Shown here piece after piece: positions 11,770-24,462 of a DNA stretch of 64,000 nucleotides. The stretch is from NCBI GenBank assembly GCA_964016885.1, contig OZ024741.1:205096001-205160000 (forward strand). The letters run 5' to 3'. Each line of letters starts with the position of its first letter. Positions within the stretch are counted from its first letter, which is position 1. Both the position numbers and the translations under genes were made by a program. The notes under the pieces are model-generated. The model saw only the letters and a list, made by a program, of their open reading frames with translations, had not been told where the DNA came from and did not search any database. Source of the DNA: Eledone cirrhosa (Eukaryota).

Positions 11770-14700
11770 GTTGATTTGGATTCGTTCCAGCCACCCATCC
11801 ATACAAATTTTTCGAAGGTATTTAGCTTTTATTACGCTATTATTATTAATATTATTGTTGCTGTATTATCGGTTAGTTTGTTAGCCTTGCTGTATTATTA
11901 TATCGGCTATTTGCCATGCAGTATTTTATCGGTTAGTTTGTTAGCCTTGACGTCGACCCTCAGTGCCTACCTCACAATTTTCCGCCCACCCACCCCCTCA
12001 CACCACCAGAGCCTATTCGACCAATCAAACCTCAGCATGCCATTTCTTCTGCTGCTACTACTACTACTACTACCTAACTAACTCTCTCCTCCCCTGTCGC
12101 AGCCCAACACACCCTGCCATTATCCCACCACCACTGTTCTTCTAGCCCTCAATTTTCCCACCGTTATGGATGGATGGGCTGAGAATAAATTTGAGCAACT
12201 CTGAATCAATAGATGAAATATGAATCTGTGAGCTACCAAGCACCCATGTGAAGCGCCAATCCAGAGACCCTTCCCTACGAGTGTCGACAAATGCCCAAAA
12301 CTCCGAGTTGGTACCATCAATATAGGCTCAATGAAAGGAAGAGCAGGAGAAATCGTAGAAATGCTAGAGCGAAAGGAAATTGATGTATGCTGTGTGCAAG
12401 AGACTAGATGGAGAGGAGAGTCTGCCAGAGTCCTTGTAGGAAAAAGTCGGTGCTACAAATTTTTCTGGGTGGGAAATGACGATGGGATGGGTGGTGTAGG
12501 TATACTACTAACTGACAAGTGGGTAGATAAAGTAATCTCAGTGTACAGGGTAAATGCAAGAATCATTAAACTCAGACTAGTCCTGAATAAAACAATTACC
12601 ACAATAATATCAGCTTACGCACCCCAATCGGGGCTGCCAGACGAACTTAAGGATAGGTTTTACGAGTCCCTAATGCACACTACTGCTCTAACAGACGACA
12701 ATGACTTCCTAATCATCGCAGGAGATTTTAACGGACACGTAGGTAAACACTGCGACGGCTTCAATAGAGTACATGGAGGCCATGGGGTTGGCACAAGAAA
12801 TGAGGAAGGATTCAGACTTCTAGAATTCTGCGACGCCAATGACATGTCAATATGTAACACAAACTTTAAAAAACCCGACAACCACCTGATCACCTATAGA
12901 TCAGGGGAGCACTCCAGTCAGATAGATTTTATCCTCATCAGAGGACATGACAGATGGACGGTCGTAAACACAAAAGCCTTCCCTAGTGAGGAATGTACAT
13001 CCCAACATAGCTTAGTTGTCAGCGACCTCACGGTCAGAACTAGACGAACCTGGAAACAGAGGCCAGCCTGGAGAAGAAAGATCTGGAAGCTGAAAGACCT
13101 GTCAACCAGTAACAGATTTTAAAATATTTTACTCAACGCCTACGACAGTAAAGAAGAACAGATAGAGACATTCAATGTAGAAGAGAAATGGGAGTTCCTA
13201 AAAAATAATTTACTAGAGGCGACGGATGAGGTCTGTGGCTAAAGTAAGACTACAAGCAGGAGGAGAGTGACTTGGTGGTGGAACAATAAGGTAGATGAAG
13301 CAGTTAAGGCCAAGAGACAGGCATGGAAAGAATGGAAGAACGGGGGGAGCAGGGTACATTACATAGAGACCAAGAGGGAAGCTAGGCGACAAGTATACTT
13401 AGCTAGGAGGGAAGCAGAGGATAGAAAATTCAAGCATGTTTTGCAACGTGAGGACCAGAAACAGGAGGTGCTCAAGATTGCGAGGCAGTATGTCAGAGAT
13501 AGTTGTGATGTCATTGGAGAGAAGTGTATCCGGAATGATAAAGGTGAGCTTGCCCTCACAAGTGCTGAGAAGAAAGATGCATGGAAGAGTCATTATGATA
13601 GATTACTAAATGAGGAGAATGCGTGGGAAGAAGAGACCCCCCCCCCCCCCCCCCCCCCAAGTAGACCCTATAGAGGGGCCAGCAGTAAAAGTCAGCAGCA
13701 ACGTAGTAAGTAAGGCAATCAAAGATATGAAGATGGGGAAAGCAACCGGTCCATCGGGTATAGCTGCCGAGATGCTGAAGGCACCTGGGTCTGTAGGTCA
13801 CACTATAACCACACGTATTGTTAACCAGGTAATACTAGAAGGTGTCATACCAAAAGATTGGTGCAGTAGCATCATTGTCAACTGCTACAAAGGTAAAGGT
13901 GATGCACTAGATAGAGGAAACTATAGAGGTATAAAGTTGATGGACCAGGTCATGAAAGTAACAGAAAGAGTTATAGCACAGTTGATTAGGGACCGGGTGA
14001 AAATAGACGGGATGCAATTTGGGTTTGTACCAGGAAGAGGCACCACTGATGCCCTCTTCCTTGTGAGGCAGGAAAAGTACCTAGCTAAAAGTAAGCCACT
14101 CTACTTGGCATTTGTCGACCTTGAGAAAGCCTTTGACAGAGTTCCACGTGCTGTAATCTGGTGGGCTCTTAGAAAACTATGAGTAGATGAATGGCTTGTG
14201 AAAGCGGTACAAGCCATGTATAGGGGAGCAGTCAGCAAAGTTAGGATTAGCAATGAGTATAGCGAGGAATTTAGCGTACAGGTTGGGGTCCACCAGGGCT
14301 TTGTTCTTAGCCCCCTCCTGTTCATCATAGTCCTGCAGGCAATAACGGAGGAGTTTAAGACCGGATGCCCATGGGAACTCCTGTATGCTGATGACCTCGC
14401 ACATATAGCTGAATCTATGGTAGAACTAGAGAATAAATTCTAAACTTGGAAGCAGGGACTAGAAAGAAAGGGTCTCAAAGACAACATGACAAAGACTAAG
14501 GTCCTTGTAAGTAGACGAGAAAACAGAACCCAGATCCCCTCAGGGAAATGGCCTTGCTCAGTATGTAGGAAAGGTGTAGGTAGGAACTCCATTCTCTGCC
14601 CCAAATGCAAACAATGGGTACACAAGAGATGTAGCGGGATCTCAGGAAGCTTAATTAAGAATGTAGGCTTCACATGAAGCAGCTGTGCTGGGACAGCAAG

Positions 14701-15627
14701 CAGCAAACAGCCACAGGAAACAAGTACCACCAATCTCTGGGAGGGCTCTGTAGAAACAGTAGACAGCTTGTGCTACCTAGGTGACTGAATTAGCAGCGGA
14801 GGCGGGTGTTCAGAAAGTACAATAACTAGGGTAAGAACGGGATGGAAGAAGTTTAGGGAACTACTACCACTGCTAGCTGCAAAAGGCTTCTCCCTCAGAA
14901 TGAAAGGCAGACTATATGATGCGTGTATCCGAACAGCAATGTTGCATGGTAGTGAGACCTGGGCGCTGAAGGTGGAAGACTTATGTAGATTAGAAAGAAA
15001 CGAAGCCTGCATGCTCCGATGGATGTGTAACAGTAATATACGTGAACGACAAAGCATAAATGAATTGAGAGAGAGACTGAGCATAAGAGGAATCAAATGC
15101 TGTGTGCAGGAGAGGCGGTTGCGCTGGTATGGACATGTGATGCGTATGAAGGATGACATCTGCATAAAAAGGTGCAAAGCACTAGAAGTCGATGGAAACC
15201 GCGGAGTGGGGAGACCCAAGATGACCTGGGATGAGGTGATAAAAGCCGACCTTACCCAATTACACCTCTCAAAGGCAACACACACGACCGTGACCTCTGG
15301 CGTCACGCAGTAATACAGAGTACCCGACATCCCATGGGTACAAGCTGAAGCATATAGACAATATGCCCCCATGGAGGTGCCACGGCAAAAAAGCACCCAG
15401 CCCACACTGTAGAGTGGAGGTGTAGGCGCCACGAAAAAGCACCCAGCACTCACTGTAAATGAGGTTGGTGTTAGGAAGGGCATCCAGCTGTAGAAATCAA
15501 GCCAAATCAGTTCCTGTATGAGCAAGGCATGGTCAGCCGACCAGACACTGCCCACAACAGGACAACCCGTCTAACCCATGCTAGCGTGGAAGAACGGACG
15601 TAAAGTGGTGATGATGATGATGATGAT
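11770..15627 (+). mobile_element. Near full-length RTE-type LINE (APE endonuclease-RT-PHD), decayed
   Basis: RVGTINIGSMKGR, CVQETRW, GDFNGHVG, QIDFIL, YRGIKL, KAFDRVP, YADDL, CxxC..CxxC..HxxC, RLRWYGH; several stops; 3' UTR module and (GAT)n tail. The 5' boundary is approximate. Confidence 0.93.
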
Positions 15628-15991
15628 CACACACGCGAAGTGAACAAATTTCAAAATTTCAACCCAGCGACTACAACAGCAACAGCACCATTGTCTGCAG
15701 CAGCAGCATCAATGAAGTGAGCAACAACAACAGCAACAACAACAACAACTGTCACCACCATCACTGACACCATCCACCACACCACCATCACCGACACCAT
15801 CCACCACCAGCGATCAGGCCTTAAAAATAACTATAATACTAAATAACTATTCTGTTCTTGGCACGGAGCAGCGATTGTCCCAGCGCATTGCTGGTGCCTT
15901 GTTTTTGGGCCCGGAGAGCAGAGAGCCATTGCTCTTTGTTGTAAAGCAAACAATTATTATTATTATTATATAAAAACTGAACTGGAAAAGT

Positions 15992-16038
<47 letters not shown>

Positions 16039-16119
16039 AGTGGCGTGTGTGTGTGTTTGTATGCATGAGTGTTGGTGTGTGAGTGTGTGCCGTGAGTGTC
16101 AATAAGTGGTGTTTTTTTT

Positions 16120-18303
16120 TTTATGACCATGCTGTAAAATGGAGGGGTAGAGAGGACCCATGAGTCCAGTAAGACATCCTCTCTAGAGCTGGTGGCACAA
16201 ACAAAAGCACCCAGTCCATGCTGTAAAGTGACGCTGGTGTTAGGAAGGGCATCCAACCAGTGTATCGATGACAAAACGATTATAAGCACAGCAACAAGTA
16301 TATAGGAACAACAAAAATATGAAGACGTCGCATCTCAGAGTTGCAACACTTAATGTTGGCACTCTCTCAGGTAGATCTGCTGCAGAGAAGACATGTGGAT
16401 GTGTGCTGCGTGCAAGAGGTGAGATGGAGAGGTGCCTCTGCGAGGCTAGTCGCAGGCAAACATCTTAGCTTTAAGCTTTTCTGGCTAGGTAAGGATGATG
16501 GGTTAGAGGGAGTAGGCATTTTCCTGGCAGAGAGATGGATCAATAAGACAATAGAGGTAGTTCGAGTTAGTAATCGAATAATTAAGCTTAGATTAGTTGT
16601 AGGTAGGAGACTGCTGACAATCATCTCTGCCTATGCTCCCCAAGCAGGCCTAGGCAAAGAAGAGAAAGACTGCTTTTACGAGCAACTTTTACAAACAACC
16701 GCAATGACAGAGGACGGAGACATCGTTATGCTAGCAGGGGTCTTCAATGGTCATGTTGGACAGCTCCAGGATGGTTACACTGGGGTACATGGTGGGCACA
16801 GTTACGGCTCAAGAAATAAAGAAGGAGTGAGACTTCTTGAATTTTGTGATGCAAGTTCACTGACTATTTGCAACACTAACTTCCAGAAATCTGCCAACCA
16901 CCTAATAACCTACAAATCAGGCGAGCACATAAGCCAGATTGACTTCTTACTAGTTAGGCAGTGGGACCGGCAGATGATGTCAAATACCAAGGCATACCCT
17001 GGGGAAGAATGTACCCCACAGCATAGGTTAGTCGTTAGTGATATCTCAGTAAGCAAGAGATGGAATGAGACATACAGGAAGGTGTGGAGAAGAAAGGTCT
17101 GGAAGTTAAGACCCTTTCACTAAAATACAAATTTAGGAAAGCCCTTCAAGATGTGTATGACGAAAAAGAAGACGATTTAGAGATGTATGACATAGATAAT
17201 AACTGGAATTTCTTACGTGACAACTTACTGCAGGCTACTGATGAAACTTGTGGCTGGAGCAGAGCTCCAATCAGACAGAGAATGACCTGGTGGTGGAACA
17301 GCACAGTAGATAAGGCCATTAGAGACAAAAGACTAGCATGGAAGGCTTGGAAAAAGGGTGGGAGTAGAGAAGGATATATAGCCGCTAAGAGAGAAGCTAG
17401 ACGTCAGGTGTACTTAGCACGCAGGGAGGCTGAGAGTAGGAGGTTTGCCAATGTTCTGCGATGGGAAGATCAGAGGCGTGCGGTGTTCCACATTGCAAGG
17501 CAGTGTGTCAATGCAAATCAGGATGTTGTTGGAGATAAATGTGTCCGGAATGATGCCGGTGTACTTAGTGTCACGAATGATCAGAAAAATGAGGCCTGGA
17601 AATGTCATTATGAGAGACTGATGAATGTGGAGAAGGAATGGGAGACAGAGAAATTACCCTCAGTAGATCCGACAGAGGGACCAGCTATTGAGATTGACGA
17701 ATATAGGGTCCAAGAGGCAATTAAGGAAATGAAAAATGGTATGCCGCTGGACCATCAGGCTGAGATGCTGAAGGCATCAGGGGACGTAGGCACTAAACTG
17801 GTTGCACACATCATCAATCAGGCTATATTTGGTGGTGTCATACCCAAAGACTGGTGCAGCAGTATTCTCATAAATTGCTACAAAGGTAAAGCGGATGCTC
17901 TGAGGAGGAGCAATTATAGGGGTATAAAACTGATGGATCAGGTTATGAAAGTGGCAGAAAAGATATTAGCACAACAATGGAGGCACATGGCTTAGTGGTT
18001 AGAGCATTGGCCTTGCAATCAAAAGGTTGTGAGTTCAATTCTCAGACCGGGTGATGTGTTGTTTCCTTGAGCAAGACACTTTATTTCACATTGCTCCAGT
18101 TTACTCAGCTGTAGAAATGAGATGATAGAGATTGAGGTCCCAGTCCCTATCATTCCACTGCAAAGTGGTCGTGGAGGTGCCACGGCAAAAAAGCACCCAG
18201 CACTCACTGTAAATGAGGTTGGTGTTAGGAAAGGCATCCAGCTGTAGAAATCAAGCCAGAATCAGTTCCTGTCCCACCCTTGCAAGCAGGGAAAAGCGGA
18301 TGT

Positions 18304-18341
<38 letters not shown>

Positions 18342-19752
18342 TGAATTAGAGAAAGTGTCAAACTAGATGAGATGCAGTTTGGTTTTGTTCCTGGGAAAAG
18401 TACCACAGTTGCCCTCTTCTTGGTGAGACAATTACAAGAGAGGTTCTTAGAGAAGAATAAGCCACTATACTTAGCCTTTCTTGACCTAGAGAAGGCCTTT
18501 GATAGGGTACCCCGATCTGTCATCTGGTGGGCCCTAAGGAAACTAGGTGTTGAGGAATGGCTCGTGAGGACAGTGTAAACTTTGTACAGAGGTACTGTCA
18601 GTAAAGTCAGGGTAGGAATGGAGTTTAGTGAGGAATTCCAGATACAAGTAGGAGTACATCAAGGTTTGGTCCTCAGCCCGCTCTTGTTCATTATAGTCCT
18701 CCAAGCCATAACAGAGGAGTTTAAGACTGGCTGTCCATGGGAACTTCTCTATGCTGACGATCTGGTTCTTATAGCAGAATCAGTAGAGGAGCTAAAGAAT
18801 AAATTCTGGCTATGGAAAAGGCAGTTGGAAGCAAGAGGACTGAGAGTGAACCTAGCTAAGACAAAAGTGTTGATGAGTAGAAAAGAGGACAAAACCCTGA
18901 TTCCGTCAGGGAAATGGCCATGTTTGATATGCAGAAAAGGAACTGGCATAAATTCTATAAAATGCACACAATGCAAATCCTGGGTACACAAGAGATGTAG
19001 TGGGATAGCAGGCAAACTAACAGGTAGGGAGAAATATGTATGCAGTAGATGTACAGGGAAATTAGACAGTAGAAGTTGCATTGATAGACACATTTTTCAA
19101 ATGCAGGGGGGTGCTATAAAAGTGGTGGATAGCTTCCGGTACCTAGGAGATCAGATTAGCATGGGAGGGGGGGTGTTCCGAAGCCATAATATCTAGAATA
19201 AGGACGAGTTGGAAGAAGTTTAGGGAGCTGCTTCCTCTGCTGACAAAGGGTTTCTCCCTGCGTACGAAAGGCCGGTTATATGATGCCTGTGTGAGGAGCG
19301 CGATGCTGCATGGTAGTGAGACATGGGCAGCAACTGCAGAGGATATGCGATGGCTGGAGAGAAATGATGCAAGCATGCTCCGTTGGATGTGCAATGTCAA
19401 TGTGTGCGAATGACCCAGCATGAATGTGGTGAGAGAGTAACTGTGTCTGAGAGGGATAGAATGTAGTGTGCGAGAGAGGAGACTGAGGTGGTATGGACAT
19501 GTGATGCGCATGGAGGATGACTGATGGGTGAAGAACTGCTAGGAAATGCCAGTTGAAGGAAGACGTGGTAGAGGTAGACCACAAAAAACATGGGCGGAGG
19601 TGGTGAGAACAGACCTCAGATCACTGAAGCTCACGGTGGAGATGACGAAGGACCGTGACAAGTGGAGAGATGCTGTGCTGAATAAGACCCGTCCCACCCT
19701 TGCAAGCAGGGAAAAGTGGACATAAAATGATGATGATGATGATGATGATGAT
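16120..19752 (+). mobile_element. Near full-length RTE-type LINE (second subfamily) interrupted by a SINE
   Basis: APE and RT ORFs at 16341-19196 and beyond; tail CCCACCCTTGCAAGCAGGGAAAAGTGGAC-(GAT)n; the module lies in its 5' UTR. Confidence 0.93.
17979..18340 (+). mobile_element. tRNA-derived CORE-like SINE with an RTE-derived tail, inserted in the LINE ORF
   Basis: A box TGGCTTAGTGG, B box GAGTTCAATTC, CCTTGAGCAAGACACTT core, module and (GAT)n tail. The LINE frame resumes after it (IAQ..IRESVKLDEMQFGF). Confidence 0.9.
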
Positions 19753-19899
19753 ATATATATATATATATACATACATGTATCCGCCTTGCCTGTCCCTTCA
19801 ATCTTTTTAATTTCTCAATCTTTCTTCTGATGAAGAAACATGAAGACACTCTTCCTGCTATTTCAAGCATTAAACTAATATATTTCTTCCATATACTGT

Positions 19900-20283
19900 A
19901 TCGTAGGCACCTCTTAACCAAATATACACCCCAACCCACTGCCCCTACTCCATCCGCCCACTCCCACCAACACCACCCTTTCTCTGTAAAGTTATGTTGG
20001 TACCACAGAACATCCAGTCGACACTAAAGAGGTTGCGTAGGTGTCACAGCAAAAAGCACCCAGTCCACGCTGTAAAGTGGTCATGTAGGAGACAGGGTAA
20101 AAAGGCTCCCAGTCCACACTGTAAATGTGGTTGGTGTTAGGAAGGGCATCCAGCTGTAGAAAACCTGCCAGATACAATCCTGTACGAGTGAGACATGATC
20201 ACCCGATTATCTTGCCTTAAGTGGGACAATTCCCTTCTAGACCCATGCTAGCATGGAAGATAGACATTAAATGATGATGATGA

Positions 20284-20286
<3 letters not shown>
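19900..20286 (+). mobile_element. RTE 3'-UTR fragment with a tandem module
   Basis: Homologous to 6950-7430. Confidence 0.75.
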
Positions 20287-20330
<44 letters not shown>

Positions 20331-20692
20331 GAAGGCACATGGCTTAGTGGTTAGAGCATTAGGCTTGCAATCGAAAGGTTGTGGGTTTAATTCTCGGATC
20401 GGGTGATGTGTTGTTTCCTTGAGCAAGACACTTTATTTCACGTTGCTCCAGTTTACTCAGCTGTAGAAATGAGATGATAGGACTGGGGTCCCTATCATTT
20501 CACGGGGGTCCCTATCATGCCACGAAAAAAAAGCACCCAGTACTCACTGTAAATGAGGTTGGTATTAGGAAGGGCATCCAGCTGTAGAAATCAGGCCAGA
20601 ATCAGTTCCTGTATGAGCAAGACAGGACAACCCGTCTAACTCATGCTAGCGTCGAAGAACGGACGTAAAACGGTGATGATGATGATGATGAT
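20331..20692 (+). mobile_element. tRNA-derived CORE-like SINE, alternative tail
   Basis: Same head as 17979. The tail GGACAACCCGTCTAACTCATGCTAGCGT is shared with the LINE ending at 15627. Confidence 0.88.
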
Positions 20693-20835
20693 ATATACAT
20701 ACACACATATATATACATATATAAATATATATATATATATATACATACACACACACACGTACACATACATATATGAATATATACATACACAAACACACAT
20801 ACGTACACATACATATATGAATATATACAAACATA

Positions 20836-21179
20836 CACATGGCTTAGTGGTTAGAGCATTGGCCTTGCAATCGAAAGGTTGTGAGTTCAATTCTCAGACC
20901 GGGTGATGTGTTGTTTCCTTGAGCAAGACACTTTATTTCACATTGCTCCAGTTTACTCAGCTGTAGAAATGAGATGATAGGGACTGGGGTCCCTATCATT
21001 CCACTGTAAAGTGGTCGTGGAGGTGCCACGGCAAAAAAGCACCCAGCACTCACTGTAAATGAGGTTGGTGTTAGGAAGGGCATCCAGCTGTAGAAATCAA
21101 GCCAGAATCAGTTCCCGTCCTACCCTTGCAAGCAGGGAAAAATGGACGTAAAATGAAATGATGAAATGATGATGATGAT
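20836..21179 (+). mobile_element. tRNA-derived CORE-like SINE
   Basis: Near-identical to 17979-18340 and 60829-61163. Confidence 0.9.
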
Positions 21180-21577
21180 ACACATATATATATATATGTA
21201 TACACATATATACATACACACACATATATATATATATGTACATGTGTTTCATTCAAAAGAAATCATCAGGAAAGTTGGCTGTTGTAAAACAGTTGTATTT
21301 ATATATTTTCTGGTGGTTAGAGATGGTAGTGGTTTGGGGGATGGGTGGAAGTCATTGGCTGAGGAATTATAAAGAACAGGGATTCTTTGAAAAATATTTT
21401 TAGATATGTACACACTAATACATAGTAAAGGTTCACATTCACACATAAACACACACACACACACAAACGCCTACACCCTTAGCATATATCTATACAAATG
21501 AGATGTATGCATATATATATACATACACTGATATATATACATATATATGTATACATATACATACACACACACACACA

Positions 21578-21960
21578 TGAGTTACTCTCAAGAAGTTTTG
21601 AGACTTTTTTCTTTTCAGGCACTTTTAATTGACCTAAGACGAATTGGAAACTTGATATGCAATAAAGTTTTGTGTCAAGCTTGGCAAAAACACTGCAGAA
21701 ACTTATGAAGTTATCAAAACTGCTTATGGACTAACTTTCATGAGCTGGGCGACTGTTTTCCACTGGCATATGAGGTTCCAGGAGGGTAGGGAGCAGGTGA
21801 AGGACGATGAGAGGTGTAGCAGGGAGAGGGACATCAGGACACCAAAGTTGATTGACAAAATTTGAAAATTTCTGGATGAGGACTATCGTGCATCTTTTCT
21901 GACGATTGCTAAACAATTTGAAGTGGCTGAGAGTACTGTGCACAGAGTCATTCCCTATCA
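21578..21960 (+). mobile_element. mariner transposase remnant (N-terminal HTH)
   Basis: IKFCVKLGKNTAETYEVIKTAYG..VFHWHMRFQEGREQVKDDER. Confidence 0.8.
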
Positions 21961-23201
21961 GAAATAATTGTTGTTGCTGTTTAATAGATGGTGACACTCC
22001 TACTGATATCACCACATATGGAGAGAATTACATGAACATTGGAACAAACTGGTTTGCAGCATTCAATTATATCCTTTTGTAAAAGTGTATGACATTATGG
22101 TTTGGTTCTCAACCATAATGGCATGACACAATTGCTCTTTGTGTCCTTGAGCAAGATACTTTTTTCTATGTTGCTTCATTACACTCAGCTGAAAAAATGA
22201 GTCTTACCTCTACAAAAGGCCAGCCTAGTCACACACCATGTTATGCAGTGTTAAGGGTACATTTGTCTAAGGGTACATTAAAACTTTTCTGAATGCTCAG
22301 CCATTTGCATGTTAATTTCAGAAGCAGGTTGTTCAATTGGTCAAACAACTGGGGAATTCATTGCAATTTATAGTCCAAAATCAAACACCTTTTATATATT
22401 AAATGGGAAGTGGAGGAACAGCATAAAATAAAATACTGCAGCATTCATGCCTTTCCAATAGGCAATAATTAACAGCAATAGAAATGAAATGGGTTTTAAC
22501 TAAGAACAGTAGCTAGGCTTTAGGCTTAGACTATCCTCCTTCAGTGTGGGCTTACTGAGGCATAATAACAGCTATCACGAAAGAGAGAGAGAGAGAAATA
22601 AGAAAACTAAAAGCTGAAAAATTTGTAGTAAAATCACATTTGTCCAATATGCTCTGCATACACCTTCATCACCGCCTCCCTACCCTTACCCACAACAGTG
22701 TCCTTGCCCCAAAATAGAAATGGTTTTATCAAATTTCTCTGCAATCTCAGTCTAGAACAAAGTTCTTTGTTCTGCAGAGAACCTACATGGTGTGTAACCA
22801 TGGCAATACTACAGATAAATAAACCACCTAAATAGGATATGAGAAACACAGCAAATTAAATATATCATCATCACCATTTTACATCCATTCTTCCACGCTA
22901 GTATGGGTTAGATGAGTTGTCCTGTTGTGGGCAATGCCAGGTCATGTGACCATGTCTTGCTCATACAGAACTGATTCTGGCTTGGTTTCGACAGCTGGAT
23001 GCCCTTCCTAATGCCAACCTCATTTACAGTGTGGGCTGGGTGCTTTTTGTCGCGACACCTACACAACCACTTTACAGTGTCGGCTGAGTGCTTTTTGCTG
23101 TGTCACCATCATGACTACCTTACAGTATATATCTATATATATACTCAATTTGCTGTGCTTTTGCTTCATTTAGAATTTTTCTTCAATTTGGAATTTTTTA
23201 A

Positions 23202-23440
23202 CCCTCTCGTTACTGTATCTAATGAAAGACACAGTATATGGTTTTCAAATAACTTTGAAAATAATCAAGAATTATCAATATAACTAATTTTTTCATTACT
23301 AAATTGGTGTTAGGAACATAACTTAGCAAAATTCCTTACATAACATTATTATGGAAGTATTTTAGTTGAAAATACACTTTAAAACAAAGTTTTGTATTGT
23401 TGAGCAAAGGGTGGTTTCAGGAATTTTAGTATAAAAAGGG
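23202..23440. mobile_element. piggyBac-like MITE, second family
   Basis: TTAA|CCCT...AGGG|TTAA; related degenerate copies at ~48930-49365, 57480-57725 and 58050-58245. Confidence 0.6.
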
Positions 23441-23914
23441 TTAATGAATGAAAGAAAATTAATTCACATATCACACATTGCATGAGCCAAACCAAGAGAC
23501 TCAACACATTTGCTCAACCTATTAGAACTAGCAGCCAGATTTCATTTAAAAAAAAACAATGGATAATGATGCCCTAGATTCACTATATCTGCAAAAATTA
23601 AAGATGGGAACACCCAATATTTTGCGCAATTAGGCTTCATCTGGTATGCAACATACACAGATGCACACATATATTTAAATGGGATTGTGTAATATCTAAT
23701 ATGTCTTTTCCTTATGTAACATTGTAGGATGTAATTAAAGCAAGATTTGGCTGCTATTTCTAGCATGTTGCGTAAGCACATAGACACTTTGGGTGAATAA
23801 ATAAAATGTTATGAGTTGATGAAAGATTGTAGTAAAAGCCCGAAGAAAATTCCTCATAGTGATATATATATATTAGAAAAGGAAAGTAAGGATTCTATAC
23901 AAAACAGTGGATAT

Positions 23915-23985
23915 AGAGAAAAGATGAAGTTGGAAATAGCACGGGAAATATATCGCAGGAACCCGTGCTATTTCCAACTTCATCT

Positions 23986-23992
<7 letters not shown>
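23915..23992. repeat. Perfect 31-bp inverted repeat with a 16-nt loop
   Basis: AGAGAAAAGATGAAGTTGGAAATAGCACGGG / CCCGTGCTATTTCCAACTTCATCTTTTCTCT. Confidence 0.9.
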
Positions 23993-24027
<35 letters not shown>

Positions 24028-24129
24028 GATAGATAAGAACTGCGAAACCGGTAAAGGAACCAAATAAATATATATATTTTTTTTAAAAATAAGACTCCAG
24101 TTGCATTTTCGATTTCATCTCTTTTTCTT

Positions 24130-24160
<31 letters not shown>

Positions 24161-24230
24161 CATCATCATTGTTTAACAATGTGCTCAACCAAACAGAGAG
24201 AGAGGAGAGACTGTTATAAGGAGCAAAATG

Positions 24231-24462
24231 TTACGATAAATTAACGGAGCCTATCTCCTGTCAATAATGTGCTCAAAGGAGAAGGAATCCCGAGCCCTTT
24301 ATAATACAATATGACAGTTTGACTGATGGCGCACTGTCTATCTCTCTCTGGTGTGTTATCTTTTCTACATATTGTATTATAAAGGGCTCGGGATTCCTTC
24401 TCCTTTGAGCACATTAATGACAGGGAATAGCGAGAGTCTATGGCTCTGTTAATTTATCGTAA
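24231..24462. repeat. Long inverted repeat (49-bp perfect core, extended imperfect arms)
   Basis: 24265-24313 is the exact reverse complement of 24368-24416. Outer arms are TTACGATAAATTAACGGAGCC / GGCTCTGTTAATTTATCGTAA. Confidence 0.9.

Noticed and set aside
14773-15555. 260-aa antisense ORF over a LINE
   Set aside because: It is a shadow frame of the RT C-terminus and 3' UTR with no recognisable protein features.
17979-18050. tRNA-Cys-like gene (TTGCAA loop, A and B boxes)
   Set aside because: There is no proper acceptor stem, and it continues into the CORE-like body in five copies, so it is a SINE head.
18165-18200. CGTGG-AGGTG-CCACG-..AAAA resembles the 5' part of the pistol ribozyme
   Set aside because: Only the P1 and pseudoknot layout is similar; the pistol P2/P3 helices and catalytic residues are not evident.
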